Shown piece by piece: positions 9,609 through 17,071 of a stretch of 40,325 nt of DNA. Position 1 is the stretch's first letter, and every line of letters starts with the position of its first letter. Source of the DNA: Paratractidigestivibacter sp. (GTDB taxonomy: Bacteria; Actinomycetota; Coriobacteriia; Coriobacteriales; Eggerthellaceae); contig CAVBPP010000057.1 in assembly GCA_963597295.1 (NCBI GenBank), forward strand, positions 1 through 40,325, read 5' to 3'. Made by a program: the position numbers and the translations under genes. The notes below the pieces were generated by a model. The model searched no databases. It was not told where the DNA came from and saw nothing but the letters and a program-made list of their open reading frames with translations.

Positions 9609-10322
9609 ATGTCAGATACGAATCAAAGCGGCGCCAGCGAGGCCACCGAGACCGCGGCAAAGCCCGCCAAGACCATTACCCGCCGCCATGTGCTTGCCAT
9701 GGCCGGCTGCGGCGTGGCTGGCTTGGTTGCCGGCGGCGTGCTCGCAAGCTGGGGCGTGACCTCGCAGTCCATCGCCTCGGGCCGCATCGAGCTGCGCACC
9801 ACGCCGACGAAGATGATCGTCACCGACCGCGCCCGCTGCTCGGGCTGCCAGCGCTGCGAGATGATGTGCACGCTGAAGAACGACGGCCGCGTGTGCCAGC
9901 ATATCGCCCGCGTGCGCGTGTGGGATAACTACTACTGGGGTTCCAGCCCCGATACCGGCGAGGGTTCCTTCGGCGACGGCTCGAAGGGCGCTTGCGAATT
10001 CACCGTGGAGCACTGCAAGCAGTGCGCTGACCCGGCTTGCATGAAGTACTGCCCGGTGCATGCCATCTACGCGGACGAGAACTCGGGCGCGCGCACCGTC
10101 GACCCGAAGAAGTGCATCGGCTGCGGTATGTGCGCACAGGCCTGCCCGTGGAATATGCCCCGCGTCGACACCGAGACCGGCGTTTCGACCAAGTGCGTCA
10201 GCTGCGGCCGCTGCGCGGAGCAGTGCCCCAACGGCGCCATCAAGTTCATCGACTGGGAAGACATCGCCCAGAAGGTTATCGACCAGGGGATCGTCCGCAC
10301 GACCACCATCGTTTCCGAATAG
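9609..10322 (+). CDS. ydhY: Tat-signal 4Fe-4S ferredoxin-like protein, YdhY-like
   Basis: TRRHVL twin-arginine motif plus hydrophobic stretch; four Cys cluster motifs (CSGCQRC..C, CKQC..C..CP, CIGCGMC..CP, CVSCGRC..CP); VTDRARCSGCQRCE and IKFIDW match E. coli YdhY as recalled; RBS GGGGGAG. Confidence 0.85.
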   Translation: MSDTNQSGASEATETAAKPAKTITRRHVLAMAGCGVAGLVAGGVLASWGVTSQSIASGRIELRTTPTKMIVTDRARCSGCQRCEMMCTLKNDGRVCQHIARVRVWDNYYWGSSPDTGEGSFGDGSKGACEFTVEHCKQCADPACMKYCPVHAIYADENSGARTVDPKKCIGCGMCAQACPWNMPRVDTETGVSTKCVSCGRCAEQCPNGAIKFIDWEDIAQKVIDQGIVRTTTIVSE

Positions 10323-10334
10323 GAGGCGTGGAAT

Positions 10335-12506
10335 ATGTCAGAGAAAACTGTTACCAGGCGCGGCTTCGTCGCCGGTGCGGCGGGGGCTGCAGCCCTTGCC
10401 GGATGCGCCGGCTACGCAAGCCTCGGCGCCTGGGATGAGGCGTTCGCCAAGCCTCCCAAATCCGCCGAGACAAAGCAGGTGCACACTCTGTGCGACGGCT
10501 GCGGTAACAAGTGCGGCATGGTGGCCTGGGTGCGCGACGGCAAAGTGTGGCGCGTCTCGGGCGAGACGGGGCATCCCTGCTCCGGCGGTCGTTTGTGCGG
10601 CCGCGGCCAGGGCCTGATCTCGGTCGCGTCTTCCGAGGACCGCCTGACCAAGCCGCTGAAGAAGAACGGAACGAAGTTCGAGGAGATTTCCTGGGACGAC
10701 GCGTTCGCCCAGATCGGTTCGGCCCTCGAGTCCGCCGGCAGCAAGGCCGCCGTCCTGCAGGCGCGCGGCAACTGCACGCCGTTCACCAAGCGTCTCGCGC
10801 AGAGCCTGGGCAGCGCCCATTACTACGACGACTCCGCGGTGCACGACGCCGACATCTCGGCCGCCATCGAATGCGTCGCCGGCGCCTATGCCGCGCCCGA
10901 CGTCAAGAATGCGGAATACGCCCTGATGCTGGACAAGTCCACCTACGACGGCACGCGCCCGGCCGAAATGGCCGAATTCGCCGCCAAGCGCGACGATGAC
11001 GACTCGAAGGTCGTGCTCGTCGACCCGCGCATGAGCTCCTTCGGCCGCGTCGTCGACGAGTGGGTGCCGATCATCCCCGGCACGGAGCTCGCGTTTTTGA
11101 TCGGCATCGCCTCCGAGCTGGTGCGCAACGGCCACTACGACGAGAAGTTCCTGGCCGCGAACGCCGCGGGCTTCGCGGAGTTCGCCAAGGAGATGCGCGA
11201 ATACGACCTGGCTTGGGCCAGCGAGAAGACCGGCATCGCCGACAGCGTGATCGGCGGCATCGCGGCCCAGTTGTGGGAACATGCCCCGGCAAGCTTCGTT
11301 GACATGCCGTGGGCCGGCACGTTCGGCGCGGGCTACAAGAACAGCTTCGACACGTGCCGCATGGCGTACCTAATCAACGCGATGCTGGGCAACTTCAACC
11401 GCAAGGGCGGCTGGATCTGCGGCACCACGCCCTACGTGTCCGACGACGCGCTTGCGGCGGCCGGGATCAAGAAGCTGGCCTCCGTCTCCGGCAAGCCGGC
11501 GGGCGGCGCGGCGAGCTTCGCCGCCTCGAGCTGCGTGGCTGCCATCGACGCCATGAAGTCCGGCGACATTTCCGCCGCCATCGTCTTCGAGAGCAACCCG
11601 GTGCTCGACTACCCGGGCGGCTCGAAGGTATCCGACGCGCTCGGCAAGCTGGACTGCCTGGTCGTGTGCGACCAATTCATGACCGAAACCGCCCAGATCG
11701 CGGACTACGTGCTGCCGCTTGACAGCTACCTGGAATGCGACGGCACGCCGGTAACGGTCGGCGCCGAGACGTCGGTCGTGGCAGCGCGCCACGCCGCCAT
11801 CGAGCGCATCAACGAGAACACGCGCTCCATCGACGAGGTCGTTTGCGGCCTGGCCGAGGCCGCGGGCCATGGCGACGACTTCGACTTCAGCCTGGCTGAC
11901 TACAACAAGGCGTGGCTTACGGCTGCAGGCCTCAAAGAGGGAATCCTGGACGACCAGGCGTTCTCCGCGATCGCCGGCTCTACCATTTCCGAGGGCGTCA
12001 TGCCGTACCTGCGCACCGCCTCGGGCAAGATCGAGTTCTCGTCCGACGCCGCCAAGGCCGCCGGCGCGAGCGCGGTTCCCACCTGGACCGACACGCAGGA
12101 ACCAGCAAGCGAGGAGATACCCCACCTGCTGGTGGGCGAACAGATCGTCCATTCCGGCACCTTCACGACCGAGGCTGCCAAGCTGATGGAGATCTCGAAG
12201 AAGTACAACCTGGACGCCGCCTGGATCAACGCCGACGTGGCCAAGAAGAAGGGCATCGCCGAAGGCGACAAGGTGAAGCTTTCCACCGCCGAGGGCTCCG
12301 TCACGGTGCGGGCCCACGTCACCGGCCTCATCAGCCCCGCGGCTGTTTGGGTGCCGGCGCACTACGGCGTCACGTCCGACAAGCTCGCCGAGGCCAAGGG
12401 CTTCGGCGCGGCCGTCAAGCAGCTGATCCCGACGGCGACCGATTCCGTCACCGGGGCCGCGATGATGGGCGAGGCGGTCGTTTCGATCGAGAAGGCTGGT
12501 GCGTAA
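10335..12506 (+). CDS. Tat-exported molybdopterin oxidoreductase-family subunit, PsrA/PhsA-like (catalytic ligand appears altered)
   Basis: TRRGF Tat motif; CDGCGNKC...CGRG FS0 cluster; RLTKPL, ISWDDAF, DPR, PGTELAF, ETAQIADYVLP, C-terminal dinucleotide-binding domain. Confidence 0.88.
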   Translation: MSEKTVTRRGFVAGAAGAAALAGCAGYASLGAWDEAFAKPPKSAETKQVHTLCDGCGNKCGMVAWVRDGKVWRVSGETGHPCSGGRLCGRGQGLISVASSEDRLTKPLKKNGTKFEEISWDDAFAQIGSALESAGSKAAVLQARGNCTPFTKRLAQSLGSAHYYDDSAVHDADISAAIECVAGAYAAPDVKNAEYALMLDKSTYDGTRPAEMAEFAAKRDDDDSKVVLVDPRMSSFGRVVDEWVPIIPGTELAFLIGIASELVRNGHYDEKFLAANAAGFAEFAKEMREYDLAWASEKTGIADSVIGGIAAQLWEHAPASFVDMPWAGTFGAGYKNSFDTCRMAYLINAMLGNFNRKGGWICGTTPYVSDDALAAAGIKKLASVSGKPAGGAASFAASSCVAAIDAMKSGDISAAIVFESNPVLDYPGGSKVSDALGKLDCLVVCDQFMTETAQIADYVLPLDSYLECDGTPVTVGAETSVVAARHAAIERINENTRSIDEVVCGLAEAAGHGDDFDFSLADYNKAWLTAAGLKEGILDDQAFSAIAGSTISEGVMPYLRTASGKIEFSSDAAKAAGASAVPTWTDTQEPASEEIPHLLVGEQIVHSGTFTTEAAKLMEISKKYNLDAAWINADVAKKKGIAEGDKVKLSTAEGSVTVRAHVTGLISPAAVWVPAHYGVTSDKLAEAKGFGAAVKQLIPTATDSVTGAAMMGEAVVSIEKAGA

Positions 12507-12509
12507 GCT

Positions 12510-13043
12510 ATGACACGTTACGGAATGCTCATCAATACCAAGAAGTGCATCAGCTGCTACGCCTGCCGCGTGGCATGTCAGAACCAAAACGACCTGCTGC
12601 CGACCGAGGACTTCATCCGCTTCGAGCAGAAGGAGACGGGCGCCTACCCGGCCGTTTCCATCGAAACGGTGCCGCTGCAGTGCATGCACTGCGAGGATGC
12701 CCCCTGCGCTAGCGTGTGCCCGACGGGCGCCGCGCACATCGGCGCTGACGGCATCGTGACCGTCGACCACGGCCGCTGCATCGGTTGCTTGTATTGCATG
12801 GCCGCCTGCCCTTACCAGGTGCGCGTGCGCAACGAGAAGACCGGCGCGGTCGACAAGTGCCGCCTGTGCGCGGCGACGGCCGAGGGAGGCGCCACCAACT
12901 GCGTGACCGCTTGCCCCGCGGACGTGCGCATCGTCGGTGACCTGGACGATCCGGAGTCCGAGATCTCCCGCGAGATCGCCCGCACCGGCGCCCAGCCCAT
13001 CGCAGGCAGCCTGACCAAGTCCAAGATCTACTACGTGAGGTGA
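12510..13043 (+). CDS. 4Fe-4S dicluster electron-transfer subunit (PsrB/NrfC/DmsB-like)
   Basis: RYGMLIN..KCISCYAC..AC, CMHCEDAPC..VCP, CIGCLYC.AACPY, KCRLC...CVTACP. Confidence 0.92.
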   Translation: MTRYGMLINTKKCISCYACRVACQNQNDLLPTEDFIRFEQKETGAYPAVSIETVPLQCMHCEDAPCASVCPTGAAHIGADGIVTVDHGRCIGCLYCMAACPYQVRVRNEKTGAVDKCRLCAATAEGGATNCVTACPADVRIVGDLDDPESEISREIARTGAQPIAGSLTKSKIYYVR

Positions 13044-13050
13044 TGCTCAG

Positions 13051-13947
13051 ATGGAATACTCACCAATTTGGAGCGGCATCATCGCCTGCTATCTGTTTTT
13101 AGGCGGCCTGGGCGGCGGCGCGTTCGCAACGTCGGCGTTCCTGGCCTGGAAGCACCCCGAGGCCACCACGATGCGCAAGATCGGGCACCTTATCGCCCCC
13201 ATCGTCGTCATCGTCGGCCTGGTGCTGCTGATGTTCGACGCGAAGGCGGGCCTTTACAACCCGCTGCGCTTCGCCCTACTGCTGACGAACTTCGGTTCCG
13301 TGATGACCTGGGGCGTCGTGATTCTGGCGATGTTCGTCATCGTCGCGCTGATCGCACTGCTGCTCGACTTCCTGAAGCGCCGCGTGCCGTGGCAGCTTGA
13401 GCTTGCCGGCACCATCTTCGGCGTGTGCGTGGCCATCTACACCGGCTGCCTGTTGGGCGTTTGCAAGACGTTCCCGCTGTGGAACAACGCGCTTCTGCCC
13501 ATCCTGTTCCTGGTGTCGGCCATGTCGACCGGCATGGCGATCGTGCTTCTGGTCGCGGCGTTCAAGTGCCCCGACGAGTTCAACATGGTCGGCGTGTTCA
13601 AGAAGTTCCACTTCTGCTTCCCCTGCGTCGAGATGCTGCTGGTGTTAAGCCTGCTGTTCATCACGGCGACGAATTCCGAAGCCGGGTACAACTCGGTGAT
13701 GGCACTCGTCTGCGGCAAGTACGCGGTGGTGTTCTGGGTGCTGTTCGTGGCCATTGGCCTGGTGCTGCCCACCATCGCGGAAGCGAAGATGCTGTTCTTC
13801 AGCTCCGAGGAATTCGAGGAATCGAAAACCGCTCGCATGATTTCCGCCGCGTCCGGCACGGGCGTTCTGATCGGCGGCTTCGTCCTGCGTCTGCTGGTTC
13901 TGCTGGCAGCGCTGCCGATCACCATGACCGTGGCCTGGACCTTGTAG
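13051..13947 (+). CDS. NrfD/PsrC family membrane anchor (quinol-interacting)
   Basis: W...IACYLFLGGLGGG, S.MTWG, YTGCLL, PLWN..LP.LFL.SA motifs; ~8 TM helices. Confidence 0.9.
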   Translation: MEYSPIWSGIIACYLFLGGLGGGAFATSAFLAWKHPEATTMRKIGHLIAPIVVIVGLVLLMFDAKAGLYNPLRFALLLTNFGSVMTWGVVILAMFVIVALIALLLDFLKRRVPWQLELAGTIFGVCVAIYTGCLLGVCKTFPLWNNALLPILFLVSAMSTGMAIVLLVAAFKCPDEFNMVGVFKKFHFCFPCVEMLLVLSLLFITATNSEAGYNSVMALVCGKYAVVFWVLFVAIGLVLPTIAEAKMLFFSSEEFEESKTARMISAASGTGVLIGGFVLRLLVLLAALPITMTVAWTL

Positions 13948-14048
13948 CACATTGCGCGCCGCCTTTCTGCCGGCGGCGCGCAATACGCCCGGGCGAAAAA
14001 CCAAACCCCTCAACGCCCGAGCCGGCCCCCTCCCCCCTCTAGGGGCCG

Positions 14049-14086
14049 AAAGACCCGCCGTCCACTTTCGGACGGCGGGTCTTTTT
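14049..14086 (+). terminator. Terminator of ydhY-psrABC-like operon
   Basis: AAAGACCCGCCGTCC/GGACGGCGGGTCTTT stem plus T-run. Confidence 0.85.
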
Positions 14087-14102
14087 ATGGGGGGGGAAGA
14101 AT

Positions 14103-14244
14103 GTGTCGCGCTTCGCGCTCTCCAGTGCGGGTTGAGCTTTCGCTCAACCCCACGAATTTCTGCCGATGGCTATACGTTTCTGCAATGATTTCGTGGGTGC
14201 GAAGCGTTAGCTCGCACAGGACTTGGAAGCGCGAAGCGCGACAC
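14103..14244. repeat. Bipartite hairpin-ended inverted-repeat element, copy 3 (best conserved)
   Basis: Perfect 17-bp terminal IR GTGTCGCGCTTCGCGCT/AGCGCGAAGCGCGACAC, inner hairpins GTTGAGCTTTCGCTCAAC and GTGCGAAGCGTTAGCTCGCAC, short core. Confidence 0.9.
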
Positions 14245-14286
14245 TGTTTTGAAAGCCGAGCCGCGCCCGCTCCGCGGCTTCTCACC

Positions 14287-16176
14287 CTATTCCGTGTACT
14301 GCTCCATGTAGTCGAGAATCTCCTGGCGAGAATGCAGGTCGGTTTTCGCGTAGATGCGTTTGATGTGGGCATGCGCGGTGGCGGGGCTGATGAAAAGCTC
14401 CTCGGCCACGCGCTTCTGCGTCCAGCCCAGCGCGTACAGCGAAAGCACCTCAACCTCGCGATCGGACAGCATGAACTGCTTGCCCATCTGACCCGCGCGG
14501 CGCTTCGTGTGCTCCTGCGGCGAAACCTCGGCAGCCGCCGCGACGTCGGCTCCGCCCGCGCCCGAACCGCAGCCGCCCGGCCGATCATCCAAGCCCATGA
14601 TGCGCTGCAGCCTGTTCGCGTACGGATGCGCCGGAGCACCGCCGTTCGCGTCGTTTTCGTGCGGCAAGATGTCCGCCAACGTCGGCCCGATGTCGGCAGC
14701 ATCGACGCAGGCCGCCTCGCAGGTTGCACAGCCGGTTTCTTCGCCGGAAGCACCAACCCCGGCGCCCACCATTACGACATTCGCCTCACGCGCTTGCGAA
14801 AGCTGCTGTTCCAAACTTGAAATGCGCGCCTGGGCGGCACGTTCCCGACGATCGCCCGCAGCACGGGAAATGGCCAAGAACTGCCCGAGCGACACGATAA
14901 CCGAAAACACCAGAAGCATTCCCATGATCGCATTGACCAGCAAGTCGTCAGCTTCAAGAATCGGCGTCACGATGAACACCACGCGCGCCACGCAGCGGCT
15001 TCCCATGCAAGCGACCCAGCCGCCCAGGCAGTAATAATAGGGGTCGCGCCAGCCAGCGCTCACGAACGAAATGGTGATGTACCACATAAAGGCGCACATC
15101 AGCGCATTGAGCGTCGTGGTGAACACCGCGCCGATATCAAGGCGCTCGGGGAATGCCGCATACAGCACCAGTGCGATGGCGGCAAGAATCTCGAATAGCA
15201 CGAACATGCCCACATTGGTGACGCTGCTGCGCCGCTGGGACACCAGGGCCACGATAACAAGGCAGATGCATATGGTCAGCAGCCCGTAAACCAAACGCGT
15301 GACCGGCTCAAACGCAATGGATGTCCCGTCGGGGTAACCGCGCAGGAAGCCAACGACCACGAACAGCGAACCCAAACTCGTACCCGTGGCAACGAGCAAA
15401 TGCCCGCTCTGCATCGAGTCTTTCGCGAAACCGAAGTAATCGCTTCGCGGCGAATAGGAATCCAGGCTGTCCGGATGCGCCTGCTTGCGAGCCGACAGCA
15501 TGAGGGGAAACTGCACGAGAACCAAAACCGCTGCCACGTAGAATCCGGCATTGCCGAGCAGTGCGCAGATGTAGATTTCCACCTCGCTCACAGCAAACGC
15601 CAAAAACACGTGGGCCGCCGCAGTCAGGCTGCTGCAACCGCGTACGCGACGAATCCAGTAGAACTGACAAAAGGAAGACGATAGCGTGGCTATCGTGCAG
15701 AGCGCTAGGCGACCGGAGTCGGGCAACGCCGCTTGGGACCCGAGCGCGACCAACAGCACAAGGGTTGCCGCGTGCGTCAGTATGCACGCGCGCGCGATTA
15801 TGTTCACGATGCGCTTACGGACACGAAGCTTCATCACGTAAAACACTACCGCCAAGATGGCCATGATAGCGATGGTGATCATCATGGCGCCATCGGTATA
15901 GATGCCCTCGTCGCTGCGAAGATAGCTTCCATAGCCGGCGACGATCAGCCCGCCGCGCGCAAAAGCCAGGCCCAAAACAACGGGCCAAAGCGGGGTAAAT
16001 TTCTCAACGAAACCGGACACGGTAGCGGGCGACTTGGCTTCGCTCGCCAGGGCGCTTGCCGTCGGCACAGGCGCAACAGCGGATGCGGGCGCCACGTCGC
16101 CGGGCACGGGTTCCACGCCGTCGGACGCGGGCGCCACGACATTCGTCGCCGTAGCGGCGTTTTCCTTGATGCTCAC
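14287..16176 (-). CDS. Multi-transmembrane LuxR-family (HTH) one-component regulator
   Basis: ~12 hydrophobic segments then LSDREVEVL..YALG...VAEELFIS..TAHAHIKRIY.K; likely GTG start at 16176 after GGGGAGG RBS (ORF track extends to 16287). Confidence 0.88.
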   Translation of the reverse strand: MSIKENAATATNVVAPASDGVEPVPGDVAPASAVAPVPTASALASEAKSPATVSGFVEKFTPLWPVVLGLAFARGGLIVAGYGSYLRSDEGIYTDGAMMITIAIMAILAVVFYVMKLRVRKRIVNIIARACILTHAATLVLLVALGSQAALPDSGRLALCTIATLSSSFCQFYWIRRVRGCSSLTAAAHVFLAFAVSEVEIYICALLGNAGFYVAAVLVLVQFPLMLSARKQAHPDSLDSYSPRSDYFGFAKDSMQSGHLLVATGTSLGSLFVVVGFLRGYPDGTSIAFEPVTRLVYGLLTICICLVIVALVSQRRSSVTNVGMFVLFEILAAIALVLYAAFPERLDIGAVFTTTLNALMCAFMWYITISFVSAGWRDPYYYCLGGWVACMGSRCVARVVFIVTPILEADDLLVNAIMGMLLVFSVIVSLGQFLAISRAAGDRRERAAQARISSLEQQLSQAREANVVMVGAGVGASGEETGCATCEAACVDAADIGPTLADILPHENDANGGAPAHPYANRLQRIMGLDDRPGGCGSGAGGADVAAAAEVSPQEHTKRRAGQMGKQFMLSDREVEVLSLYALGWTQKRVAEELFISPATAHAHIKRIYAKTDLHSRQEILDYMEQYTE

Positions 16177-16256
16177 TAAACGATCCTCCCCCGAAGTCGT
16201 TTTCATCAGGCAAAATACGATATCGCATTCAAATCTGCGGAGGGAATCCTTCAAAT

Positions 16257-16273
16257 GCCCCTCAAAGAGGGTA
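16257..16273 (-). promoter_or_regulatory. Putative operator box 3 (TACCCTCTTTGAGGGGC on minus strand)
   Basis: Same motif as 9322 and 9426, in the luxR / iscU-like divergent intergenic region. Confidence 0.55.
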
Positions 16274-16354
16274 TGCCCCCGTTTCATCGGCGGTCATTCT
16301 AACATCGGATTGAAGTAAAGCAAAGTAATTCATTATGGCATGAGGGGGATTCAA

Positions 16355-17071
16355 ATGTCAGAGAACAACGCGACAGGCTGCGCATCGGCGGCCGACGGCA
16401 ACCCGCAGAGCAACAGCGCGGACATCGACTGGCAAATCGATTTCGAAGAGCCGGACGACGGTCGCAACGTCTACATCGAGCCGGACGACCGCGCGCTCAT
16501 CCGCACCAAGGACGTGTACCAAACCGAGTTGGACAACGGCGTGGATGGGTATTCCGAAACGCTTTTGGCCATCGTGGCGAATTTCAAGAACGGCGGAAAG
16601 CCCGAGGGCTTCAACGTGCAGTCGATGGTGGGCCGCAGCAAGCGCGGCGAGGTGGCGCTGCGCCTATTCGCCGTCGTGGACGATTCGGTTGCCGACCCCA
16701 TTTTCGTGAAGGTGGGCTTCAAGTCGCGCGGCTGTTTGGCCATGACCGGCTGCGCGAGCGCCATCTGCCAGATGATCGAGGGCAAGACGTTCAGCCGGGC
16801 GCTTGCGATCACGCAAGCCGACGTTGAGCGTGCGGTCGACGGCGTGCCGGCCGACAAGAAGCACACGACGCTGTTCGCCGTCGAGGCCGTGCGCGGGCTG
16901 GTGGGCGACTGGATGTACCGCGCCGGCATGACGTTGGACCAGATGAATAGCCAGCTGCCCTGCGACGAGATGTCGGTGCAGTGCCTTCTGTGCGAGCACT
17001 GCTCGCTGCGCGACACCCGCGTGGACATGATGGTGGCCGAAGCCCAGGCGAAGCAGAAGGCGGCCGAGTAA
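16355..17071 (+). CDS. NifU-N/IscU-like Fe-S scaffold-fold protein (atypical Cys pattern)
   Basis: FKSRGC..M...AS...MIEGKT...A..I, G.P..K.H IscU pattern; extra C-terminal CDEMSVQCLLCEHC; GAGGGGG RBS before ATG 16355. Confidence 0.75.
   Translation: MSENNATGCASAADGNPQSNSADIDWQIDFEEPDDGRNVYIEPDDRALIRTKDVYQTELDNGVDGYSETLLAIVANFKNGGKPEGFNVQSMVGRSKRGEVALRLFAVVDDSVADPIFVKVGFKSRGCLAMTGCASAICQMIEGKTFSRALAITQADVERAVDGVPADKKHTTLFAVEAVRGLVGDWMYRAGMTLDQMNSQLPCDEMSVQCLLCEHCSLRDTRVDMMVAEAQAKQKAAE

Noticed and set aside
14089..14096. G8 homopolymer
   Set aside because: Lies after a terminator between convergent genes, so a phase-variation effect is implausible
16177..16287. Longer N-terminus for the LuxR ORF
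   Set aside because: A strong RBS precedes GTG at 16176, and the extension overlaps the putative operator/promoter region
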